Positions 1 through 7,299 of a DNA stretch of 54,848 nucleotides are shown here, in pieces. The notes under the pieces are model-generated. The model worked only from the letters and a program-made list of their open reading frames with translations, did no database searches and was not told the DNA's origin. Location of the stretch: positions 1 to 54,848 of IMG/VR virus record IMGVR_UViG_3300036852_000068, one strand, 5' to 3'. How positions within the stretch are numbered: position 1 is the first letter of the stretch; each line of letters starts with the position of its first letter. This DNA is from a virus (taxonomy: Duplodnaviria > Caudoviricetes). The translations under genes were made by a program, and so were the position numbers.

Positions 1-459
1 GACCCCGCGCCACGAGTACGCTTTGGGGTTAAGAAGGCGTTCGTTCGCACGGCGACTGACCGCGACACAGGGACGTGGATGGTTAAGCGTCTTGTGGTTG
101 AGGCCCAGGTCGGCCCGGAAGGAATTGACGGCGAAGGGAAGTATGCGAACAAGGTGTTGTTCCCTGAGCTGATTCTGACTTTCAATAAGGCCGACTTCCC
201 CGATACTTATTCAAAGCCGTGGTGGGAAAAGGAAGCGCGGTTTCCAACAAGGCAATTCCTCAAAGCCATTGGTGAAGATATCAGTAACGTGCGCATCAAC
301 GATGAGTTTCTAACGTCGCTCATTGGGCGTGAATTCGTCGCCGACATCAAGCGTTCTGAGATTCGTCAGAAGGTTGATGGGAAGTACGTCGGCAGTGGTG
401 ATTACAAGAACGAATTAACTAACTTCCGGTCGGCTGATTCAGTGGCTGCGACTGCATAA
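1..459 (+). CDS. DUF669-like single-stranded DNA-binding protein, 3' part (gene starts at 54765 and crosses the origin; about 177 aa in total)
   Basis: Frame open from base 1 (DPAPRVRFGVKK...) into ORF 79..459, ending YKNELTNF. Lies after exonuclease and Sak4-like ATPase genes, the usual position of DUF669/SSB. Confidence 0.65.
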   Translation, partial: DPAPRVRFGVKKAFVRTATDRDTGTWMVKRLVVEAQVGPEGIDGEGKYANKVLFPELILTFNKADFPDTYSKPWWEKEARFPTRQFLKAIGEDISNVRINDEFLTSLIGREFVADIKRSEIRQKVDGKYVGSGDYKNELTNFRSADSVAATA

Positions 460-472
460 GGAGGGGAGCGAT

Positions 473-865
473 TTGATGATGGCGGATGATGTAAATCAGG
501 TTACGTTTATGATTCCACTGATTCCGCCGTCAGTCAATTCGCTTTTCAATATCATCTACGCCCAGCGGCGCGTTGAAAAGAAGCCGGAAGTCAGAGCATT
601 CTGCTATCGAGCCAAGGAGTATGTCAAAGCAATTAAGTTATCTGAGAACTCGCTGGTGCGAATGGATGCTGTGTTTTCGTATCCCTTTCACCATAAAAAC
701 GGTCGCTTGCGAAAGTTCGACTCACAGAATCTTATTAAGGTCGTCGCCGATGTTGTTGCTGATAAATGCGGCTTTGATGATAGCCGGATTAAGCACGGTT
801 CATGGGCGTCGATTGATTCAGCGAGCGAGAGCGTGACCGTGACGCTAACGGAGTTGGAAGCATGA
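473..865 (+). CDS. RusA-like Holliday junction resolvase
   Basis: PPSVN N-terminal motif, D-x-x-N-L-x-K-x-x-x-D and DDxxI motifs; strong RBS AAGGAGG; follows the recombination genes. Confidence 0.75.
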   Translation: MMMADDVNQVTFMIPLIPPSVNSLFNIIYAQRRVEKKPEVRAFCYRAKEYVKAIKLSENSLVRMDAVFSYPFHHKNGRLRKFDSQNLIKVVADVVADKCGFDDSRIKHGSWASIDSASESVTVTLTELEA

Positions 866-1077
866 GTAAATTCGCATTCGAGCGGGACAATGTCTTGACC
901 TTTGAAGAGCGTCAGGTAGCGGCCCGCAAATGCGTCAACATTCTGCGCGAAAGCGTTAACGCCATGACACAAAAAGAAGCCGACTTTGTTGACGACATGA
1001 CGGGCAAGGTCGAGGTCTACGGAGCGTCAGAGCGACAACTTGCTTGGTTGCGCGATCTGGTTGAGAAGTATGCATAA
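862..1077 (+). CDS. Hypothetical phage protein (...SERQLAWLRDL... C-terminus)
   Basis: ATGA overlap with upstream gene; 71 aa ORF. Confidence 0.65.
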   Translation: MSKFAFERDNVLTFEERQVAARKCVNILRESVNAMTQKEADFVDDMTGKVEVYGASERQLAWLRDLVEKYA

Positions 1078-1083
1078 ATTATT

Positions 1084-1670
1084 ATCAAGCCTCTCTTGTC
1101 TGCGTCAGATCGTCTACGTTGTTGTTGACACATGCGATTGAGCTTGATTGTTGAAAAGTTATGGCCGGTGGCTTGTCTGAAAGCTGAATTGGAGAGTTTT
1201 GCGTTCGGACATCCTGTTTAAAACGCAACACCGGCCACTTAGATGTTTGACAAGTTTGCGCGGTCATTGAGGGCGATAAAATCATTGTGGAAGTCCGGCA
1301 ACCGATGAACCTTGTTCACGCGGCAATACCCGATATATCAATGAAAGTAGTCGAGCGACCTGAGCCGCGCAATTCAAGTTTGCAGCCGTACTTGTGCTGG
1401 GAGGAGCCGTGGATAAGGGCGTTCGCGCCTCTCAGTCGCGGCGAAGCGCAAGAGCAGCAACGGAACGCGCCTGACACGATTCAGGACTCTTGTGGCGGCT
1501 GCAATTCACTTTCCCCTTTCAGCAAACCTTGGTGAGTGTATTCATGGTTGAAGGGGGGAGCAGGCGGGTTGGGATGGTTTTGATAGTTTTCGAGTCTCAG
1601 CCCGCTGGAATCGTGGGGAGGGAAGTTAGCGACGGGGGGCGTTGCTGGCTTCTCTCCTCAAAGAAGACTC
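1084..1670 (+). ncRNA. Candidate large structured RNA made of tandem stem-loop domains
   Basis: No credible ORF. Stems 1162-1170/1229-1237, 1256-1263/1365-1372, 1264-1270/1338-1344, 1380-1389/1495-1504, 1510-1523/1547-1560, 1564-1575/1594-1605 and 1614-1634/1640-1660 (21 bp, 5 G-U pairs). Confidence 0.5.
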
Positions 1671-1709
1671 TGAATAGTTAAATAACGCTTGAGAAGGAGA
1701 CTGAATCGA

Positions 1710-2081
1710 ATGCCTAAATCAAAATCAAATGGAACGAAGGAACGTGCTGCGGTAGGTCGGGAGAGACGAATCGCATTGGCGCTGAGGGCGGTGCTGGATG
1801 CAACGGCCGGAAACACTCTCAACGGCGAATTAGAAGCGGCGTGCAGCGACGCACTCGGTGTGCTCAATGAATTAGGATATCGAGAGCTTCAGGGAATACC
1901 CACGCGCGTTGCCCGCCTCAGCGAACAACTCCGCACCGCCGTCGAATCCGGCAACGGCAAGGAAATCGCTCGGCTGGGGTTAGAGCTGGATCGAGCTAAG
2001 GCCGGACTGCCACCGGCGAAGGTGAAGGGGGAGAAGGCGAAGGTGGCGGGAGAGTTCCTAAATGGACGCGGCAACGGATAA
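1710..2081 (+). CDS. Hypothetical protein
   Basis: ATG at 1710 with AAGGAG RBS; helical 123 aa ORF. Confidence 0.65.
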   Translation: MPKSKSNGTKERAAVGRERRIALALRAVLDATAGNTLNGELEAACSDALGVLNELGYRELQGIPTRVARLSEQLRTAVESGNGKEIARLGLELDRAKAGLPPAKVKGEKAKVAGEFLNGRGNG

Positions 2082-2316
2082 GCGATGGGCGGCAAAGTGG
2101 GTTAGCAATAACCAATTAGACGGCAGGCACGAACACCTAATCCGCGATATGTATAACTGCAACGTCTTGCTATTTCATACACGCGCCGCCGCAAGAGCTT
2201 TCATTAAAGAGAAGTATGGCTACATTGCTACGCGAGAAGATTTGAAACAAGAGCCGCACGGGTGGCAAGTACCGAAAGCGGTTAAGATCGAGATTCTATT
2301 TACCGAGGTGAAGTAA
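2062..2316 (+). CDS. Hypothetical phage protein
   Basis: GGAG RBS; overlaps upstream gene; LFxTRxxARxFIxEKYGYI motif. Confidence 0.65.
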   Translation: MDAATDKRWAAKWVSNNQLDGRHEHLIRDMYNCNVLLFHTRAAARAFIKEKYGYIATREDLKQEPHGWQVPKAVKIEILFTEVK

Positions 2317-2318
2317 AA

Positions 2319-2576
2319 ATGGACGCATCGCAACTTAGAGAACTAGCAACCAACGCACTTACCGGCTACTGGCCTGCGCATCTTGGTCTGAAAACCGACG
2401 CTGAGCGGATTGAGTATTTGGCGCGGTGTATTGAGACAGCGGCAGACGAAATCCAGCAAGGCGATGAAGCCTTTGAGCAGGTGACTGAACTCGAAACAAA
2501 AACTGAGCGGCTACAGAATGAGATTGACGAGCAAGCCGCTGAAATCGAATCGCTGAAGGCTCGAAAGGAAGGCTGA
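2319..2576 (+). CDS. Hypothetical coiled-coil protein
   Basis: GAGG RBS; acidic coiled-coil C-terminus; abuts the clamp gene. Confidence 0.65.
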   Translation: MDASQLRELATNALTGYWPAHLGLKTDAERIEYLARCIETAADEIQQGDEAFEQVTELETKTERLQNEIDEQAAEIESLKARKEG

Positions 2577-3670
2577 TGTTCACTGCCACCTCTGCCAATC
2601 TCTCCCGCGCCCTCTCGCTGGTGCTGGCCAGCGCGGAGGTCAAGGGAACCATGCCAGTGCTGGCCTACGTTCTGTTCGAAGCAAAGGACGGCCTGCTCAA
2701 GCTCACTGCTACTGACATTGACTCAACTATTGAAACGCAAATTGAGACGGTAGAGTGCGGTGATGACTTCGCATGGTGCGTGCCGGGTAAGCCGCTTTAT
2801 GATCTAGTCCGCCTGCTCACCGCCGACGTAACCCTGCTGGAGTTCAAAGGCCGTATCGCCGTTAGGTCAGGCGACGCCCAGCACTTGCTCCCGATGCTGC
2901 CTGCTGAGCATTTCCCGGCCATAGAAGCCGCCCAAACGGTCATAGGCGACCTAGACGGCGTCTTGCTCTCTAAAATGCTTTCTACGGCCATGCTGGGCGC
3001 GGAAACCAACCCTAATGGGGTTGATTGGCAGAAGAATGTTGAGGTAATCGGTAAAGACGGTCAATTAACCATTACCGGGTGTTCATCTGCTCAGATTTCC
3101 AGTGTGGCGGCTAAGTTCAATGGCGAGGTTGAGGCGGTAATCCCACAGCGAGCGGCAACGATCCTTGCGGCCTTTGCTGCTGGTAATGAATCCGTTTCTA
3201 TTGCCTGTTCTAACAACCTACTGACCCTGCGATCTGAAACCGGCGCAGCACATTCGCGGTTATCAGCACTAAGGATGGCCGATTGGCGCATGTTGATTCA
3301 GTCCGACTATCAGCACTCTATTGAGCTTAATCCTGAAGCCGCCTTACCCGCCCTCCGTCGTGCTCTGCTAGCATCGGGCAGTGGTGCGGTCAATATCCGG
3401 TTAGGCAACGGGCAGATGGTTGTGACCGCAACTAACGCCGATGATGGCCGGGAGGGAACCGAAGTATCAACAGTCAACGCCCCTACGCTCAACGGCAGCA
3501 CCTATGATCTTCGCTTGCTGGCCGCCCAACTAATCGACTACCTGCGCCTCTGCGACTCCCCGATTCTCTGGCATATCAACGAAGGTAATAGTTCGCTATT
3601 ATTCACCTTGAAAGAGCCAAAGGACTTCGAGTGGCGGTATATTCAGACGACGTTGAGGTTGCAGGGGTGA
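2576..3670 (+). CDS. dnaN: DNA polymerase III beta sliding clamp homologue (divergent)
   Basis: 364 aa. N-terminus 'PVLAYVLFEAKDGLLKLTATDID', 'VPGKPLYDLVRLL' and 'LPAEHFP' match the beta-clamp pattern. Confidence 0.8.
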   Translation: MFTATSANLSRALSLVLASAEVKGTMPVLAYVLFEAKDGLLKLTATDIDSTIETQIETVECGDDFAWCVPGKPLYDLVRLLTADVTLLEFKGRIAVRSGDAQHLLPMLPAEHFPAIEAAQTVIGDLDGVLLSKMLSTAMLGAETNPNGVDWQKNVEVIGKDGQLTITGCSSAQISSVAAKFNGEVEAVIPQRAATILAAFAAGNESVSIACSNNLLTLRSETGAAHSRLSALRMADWRMLIQSDYQHSIELNPEAALPALRRALLASGSGAVNIRLGNGQMVVTATNADDGREGTEVSTVNAPTLNGSTYDLRLLAAQLIDYLRLCDSPILWHINEGNSSLLFTLKEPKDFEWRYIQTTLRLQG

Positions 3671-4404
3671 CGCCATATTACTCAGAAGCGGGGATTGAAA
3701 TCTGGCTGGGTGATTGCCGTGAAATATGGCCGACCTTGGGAGAGATCGATCTAGTCTGTACCGACCCGCCATTTGAAGCTGAGGCTCATACGCCAATGCG
3801 ACGAACCAACAGGAGTATTCAAACAAAAGAAAACGTCGCTATGCCGTTTGCGCCGATTACGGAAGAATTGCGTGGCTGGTTGACTAACATTCAATGTAAC
3901 TGGCTCTTAGCATTCTGCCAAGCCGAAGCCGTTAGTATTTACCAAGTGTCTCTGGGATTAAAATATCGTCGCCCTATGGTCTGGGTTAAGCCTGACTCAG
4001 CACCGCAATTCACCGGGGATCGTCCGGCGATGGGTTATGAGTCTATCGTCTGCGCGTGGATGGCAGAAGGTAAGAGTCGCTGGAACGGTGGCGGGCGGCG
4101 CGGGGTGTTCACGTACAGCGTCAATGGTTACGAACGATGGCATCCAACACAAAAACCGTTACCGCTGATGACGGAACTAATCTCACTGTTCAGCTTGGGC
4201 GGGGTGATATGCGACCCCTTCCTCGGTAGTGGTACCACTCTCCTCGCTGCCAAACAACTGCGCCGCAAGGCTGTAGGGATCGAAATTGAGGAACGTTATT
4301 GTGAAATCGCAGCTAAAAGATTAATGAATTGTCCTGAGCCGTTGGCATATGCGCCGATAGCGCAAGAGAAGGTTGAACCTGTTTCGCTGTTTGCTGCTGA
4401 GTGA
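3667..4404 (+). CDS. Orphan DNA methyltransferase 1 (N6A/N4C, beta class)
   Basis: TDPPF catalytic motif, HPTQKP, DPFLGSGTT SAM-binding motif, GIEIEERY; GTG start overlapping the clamp stop (GTGA). Confidence 0.9.
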   Translation: MTPYYSEAGIEIWLGDCREIWPTLGEIDLVCTDPPFEAEAHTPMRRTNRSIQTKENVAMPFAPITEELRGWLTNIQCNWLLAFCQAEAVSIYQVSLGLKYRRPMVWVKPDSAPQFTGDRPAMGYESIVCAWMAEGKSRWNGGGRRGVFTYSVNGYERWHPTQKPLPLMTELISLFSLGGVICDPFLGSGTTLLAAKQLRRKAVGIEIEERYCEIAAKRLMNCPEPLAYAPIAQEKVEPVSLFAAE

Positions 4405-4411
4405 TCACTGA

Positions 4412-5932
4412 ATGGAACCTTACTACCAAGACGAGTCAATAACGATATTCAGCGCGAGTTGTCTTAATGCGCTTCCGTATCTTGCTGATTGCTCCGTTGA
4501 TTCAGTCGTTACCGATCCGCCTTACGAGTTGGGATTCATGGGTAAGTCTTGGGATCGCTCTGGCATCGCTTACAACGTCGAAGTCTGGAAAGAATGTTTG
4601 CGCGTCTTGAAGCCCGGTGGACATCTTCTCGCCTTCGGAGGATCGCGTACTTACCACCGATTAGCTTGCGCGATTGAAGATGCAGGGTTTGAGATTCGGG
4701 ATCAAATTCAATGGATTTACGGCTCAGGATTTCCCAAAAGTTTAGACGTTAGCAAGGCAATTGACGCGGCAGCGGGCGCAGAACGGGGAGTAATCGGACG
4801 AGCTAAGGGAGCGGCGTCAAGTCAGACGCATAGCCTCGGCGTGTTTGCCCCTTCTTATGACGCGACCGCTCCCGCAACCGAAGAAGCAAAGCAATGGAGC
4901 GGTTGGGGCACAGCATTGAAGCCAAGCCATGAGCCAATAATATGGGCTCGTAAACCCTTGACTCCTGTTCTTATTGAGAGTAAACTAGTAGCAGAAACCC
5001 AGCATTTAATCGGGAGCCTGCTATGCCAATTACTATCAAGTGCGAACAGTGCGGAAGTGATTTTAGCGTCAAGCCCAAGCGTGTCAGGCGAGGCGTCCGC
5101 TTCTGCTCTACTGCTTGCCGCCGTGCTTCGTGGGCCATCGTTAGACGGGTGGTGCGAGCGGATGGCTACGTGCAGCTCACAGGAAACGGTCTCAACCTGC
5201 TTGAGCATCGCGTCGTCATGGAACGACATCTTGGACACGCTCTTGAATCGTGGGAGCAGGTTCACCACCGAAACCATAATCGGTCTGACAACCGCATTAA
5301 AAACCTTGAACTCTTATCTATCGGAGATCATGCCCGCGAGCATCATCCGGGACGCGTCCCTTCCTGTTGGCGAGTTGCTAAATGTAGAGGTTGCGGAAAG
5401 CAATTTGAGCGACGGGCCAAAGAGCTTGAGGCTCACCCAAGAGCATACTGCTCGCGTACTTGCTTCGTTACGTCAGGTGCTCACATCTGCCAACGGTGCG
5501 GAAGCCGGTTTCACGGCGGCGGCTCGCGTCGCAAATTCTGCTCTACGATCTGCTATCACACATCTCGAAGAAAGCCTGCCGCCTGAAACTCGCCCCGCAC
5601 ACGAGCCGATTGTGTTAGCTCGTAAGCCTCTTATCGGAACCGTCGCAGAGAACGTCTTACAGCACGGAACGGGCGGGTTGAATGTTGATGGATGCAGGAT
5701 CGAAACCGTTGACGTGTATTCGTATCCAAACGGCCCCGGCGGTAAATCACACCACTACAGCAGTGACAAACGCAGCGTTGAAGTTCGCCCTAATCCCGCC
5801 GAGAGCAATCCGTTAGGCCGCTGGCCCGCAAACGTGATTCTGTCCTATCCCGAAGATGAATACGAACTTTGCGCAAGTGTGACCGCAGAGCAAAAGAAAG
5901 AACTGTTTCAGTGGCTTTATGAGAACGCCTAA
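4412..5932 (+). CDS. DNA methyltransferase 2, N-terminal piece (contains a 224-aa in-frame insertion overprinting HNH-1)
   Basis: VTDPPYELGFMGKSWD, RVLKPGGHLLAF, WIYGSGFPKS, GWGTALKP, HEPIxxARKPL (twice), GRWPANVIL. Confidence 0.9.
   Translation: MEPYYQDESITIFSASCLNALPYLADCSVDSVVTDPPYELGFMGKSWDRSGIAYNVEVWKECLRVLKPGGHLLAFGGSRTYHRLACAIEDAGFEIRDQIQWIYGSGFPKSLDVSKAIDAAAGAERGVIGRAKGAASSQTHSLGVFAPSYDATAPATEEAKQWSGWGTALKPSHEPIIWARKPLTPVLIESKLVAETQHLIGSLLCQLLSSANSAEVILASSPSVSGEASASALLLAAVLRGPSLDGWCERMATCSSQETVSTCLSIASSWNDILDTLLNRGSRFTTETIIGLTTALKTLNSYLSEIMPASIIRDASLPVGELLNVEVAESNLSDGPKSLRLTQEHTARVLASLRQVLTSANGAEAGFTAAARVANSALRSAITHLEESLPPETRPAHEPIVLARKPLIGTVAENVLQHGTGGLNVDGCRIETVDVYSYPNGPGGKSHHYSSDKRSVEVRPNPAESNPLGRWPANVILSYPEDEYELCASVTAEQKKELFQWLYENA
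4958..4986 (+). promoter_or_regulatory. Internal sigma70-type promoter for HNH-1
   Basis: TTGACT-17 bp-TAAACT inside the insertion, followed by GGGAG RBS and ATG at 5023. Confidence 0.6.
5023..5586 (+). CDS. HNH homing endonuclease 1, overprinted in an alternative frame inside the methyltransferase
   Basis: EHRVVMERHLG..L...EQVHHRNHNRSDNRIKNLEL (HNH_3 type) plus three CxxC...(F/Y)CSxxC zinc-finger repeats; own RBS. Confidence 0.9.
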   Translation: MPITIKCEQCGSDFSVKPKRVRRGVRFCSTACRRASWAIVRRVVRADGYVQLTGNGLNLLEHRVVMERHLGHALESWEQVHHRNHNRSDNRIKNLELLSIGDHAREHHPGRVPSCWRVAKCRGCGKQFERRAKELEAHPRAYCSRTCFVTSGAHICQRCGSRFHGGGSRRKFCSTICYHTSRRKPAA

Positions 5933-6548
5933 TTGCAAATGCTTGGTCTGTGATAAGCCGCTTTATCGCCGTCCGTATGAGTTGGCGAAAGTGAGGCATG
6001 TTGCGTGTATGACGCACAGAGCCGAAGCACAGAAGATTTCAGGTATCACCGAAGCGCAACGAGCGGGGCTATCACGCGGCAGGGTGAAGGGCGATAACCG
6101 CCGGACGGGTTGCAAGCAAAGCGAAGCGATGAAGCAAAAAGTTTCAGAAGCGAACCGAAAGTATTGGGCGTCACACCCTGACGAACTCGCCGCCAGAGGC
6201 GAGCAGATGCGCGGAGAGAATCACTACAAATGGAAAGGCGGCGCGACAAAACTCAACATCGCAATCCGCCAGATGAATGAAAACCGAAAATGGATGGACG
6301 CGGTGAAGGAAAGAGACGGCGGCAAATGCGTTCGCTGCGGTAGTGCCGATCAAGTGGAAAGCCATCACATTATCGAACTCGTGATGCTGATCGAACTTTA
6401 TGAAGTAAAGACGCGAGATGAAGCACGCGGCATCACGGCATTTTGGGATTTAGACAACGGCCAAACACTTTGCCAGCGATGCCACTACGCGCATCACGGG
6501 AGAACCTATCGTGAGGATCGAAGAGAAAACCTACAACTTGCTGCCTAG
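5919..6548 (+). CDS. HNH homing endonuclease 2, splitting the methyltransferase gene
   Basis: NUMOD3-like KQSEAMKQKVSEAN, GENHYKWKGG, RDGGKCVRCG...ESHHI...NGQTLCQRCH. Confidence 0.9.
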   Translation: MRTPNCKCLVCDKPLYRRPYELAKVRHVACMTHRAEAQKISGITEAQRAGLSRGRVKGDNRRTGCKQSEAMKQKVSEANRKYWASHPDELAARGEQMRGENHYKWKGGATKLNIAIRQMNENRKWMDAVKERDGGKCVRCGSADQVESHHIIELVMLIELYEVKTRDEARGITAFWDLDNGQTLCQRCHYAHHGRTYREDRRENLQLAA

Positions 6549-7299
6549 CCATCTGAAAGCCCTGTTTCGGAAGCTGCCGAACCATGGATCGGATGAAGTG
6601 CTGGCGGGGTTTCCTGAGACAGGGATAAGTGCAGGCGGCGGCATGAAAGACTTACAAAAGGGCAAGTTGTTTCAGGGCGAAACTAATCCCAATATCACCA
6701 ACACGTCGGGATTTGGCGATTTCGGTTCTGCAGCCCGTTTCTTCTTTTGCGCGAAAGCCTCTCAAGAAGAACGCAATGCAGGACTCAGTGGCGGCGTTCA
6801 ATTGCTTGACTGTGCTGCGCTAGTTTGCTACCCTTCCCGATCATGGGTATTCGCGGCCCTCAATCAAAGGCTCCTGGAGGATACGGTAGCATTAGCAAAA
6901 AAGGCTACCGCCGAATCTATGATCCAAACGAGCGAAGGTTTCGTATGGAGCATGTGCTTGTGTGGGAGTCCTACAACGGACATATTCCACCCGGCTATCA
7001 AATCCATCATCGAAACGGAAACAAAATTGATAACGAAATTGGAAACTTGGAACTCCTCAGCCCAACCGCACACAAACGGCTGCATGGCGGCTGCGTTTGG
7101 CGTGACGGCCAATGGCGGAAACCTTGCAAGCTATGCGGAATTTCAAAGCCCATTAATGCGTCAAACTGGTATCTCAGCAAAGAAGGATGGCCGCTATATG
7201 GTCGATGCCGACCTTGCCACGTCAATAAAGTCGTGGCTGACAAGCGCGCCCGTAGGAGGCGGGCAAAGGATGGGAGTGCGTAATTCCCATCCTACGTGA
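6511..7299 (+). CDS. DNA methyltransferase 2, middle piece (in-frame insertion overprinting HNH-3)
   Basis: GGGAG RBS and GTG start; HGSDEVLAGFP, GSAARFFFCAKASQEERNAGL ... RNSHPT then TGA. Confidence 0.8.
   Translation: MRIEEKTYNLLPSHLKALFRKLPNHGSDEVLAGFPETGISAGGGMKDLQKGKLFQGETNPNITNTSGFGDFGSAARFFFCAKASQEERNAGLSGGVQLLDCAALVCYPSRSWVFAALNQRLLEDTVALAKKATAESMIQTSEGFVWSMCLCGSPTTDIFHPAIKSIIETETKLITKLETWNSSAQPHTNGCMAAAFGVTANGGNLASYAEFQSPLMRQTGISAKKDGRYMVDADLATSIKSWLTSAPVGGGQRMGVRNSHPT
6806..6834 (+). promoter_or_regulatory. Internal leaderless promoter for HNH-3
   Basis: TTGACT-17 bp-TACCCT with extended -10 TG; ATG 8 nt downstream at 6843. Confidence 0.55.
6843..7283 (+). CDS. HNH homing endonuclease 3, overprinted in an alternative frame
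   Basis: EHVLVWESYNGHIPPGYQIHHRNGNKIDNEIGNLELL plus C-terminal CxxC...CxxC. Confidence 0.9.
   Translation: MGIRGPQSKAPGGYGSISKKGYRRIYDPNERRFRMEHVLVWESYNGHIPPGYQIHHRNGNKIDNEIGNLELLSPTAHKRLHGGCVWRDGQWRKPCKLCGISKPINASNWYLSKEGWPLYGRCRPCHVNKVVADKRARRRRAKDGSA

Noticed and set aside
1286-1300. RNase P-like GGAAGTCCGG motif
   Set aside because: Imperfect match and no complementary 3' P4 strand found.
1287-1681. ORFs 1287..1535 and 1490..1681
   Set aside because: Weak starts, no RBS and no protein-like features; they coincide with strong RNA-like pairing.
4925-7283. Inteins or group I/II introns as the explanation for the MTase inserts
   Set aside because: No C-terminal HN/HQ before C/S/T, the nucleases are out of frame with the host, and the inserts are almost fully occupied by ORFs with no room for a ribozyme core. 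Judged by eye only.
7297-7299. Genome-wide TGA recoding (genetic code 4 or 25)
   Set aside because: Many genes end in TGA with ATGA/GTGA coupling, and long genes have no internal TGA. Readthrough would also leave two extra residues in HPTVKP.
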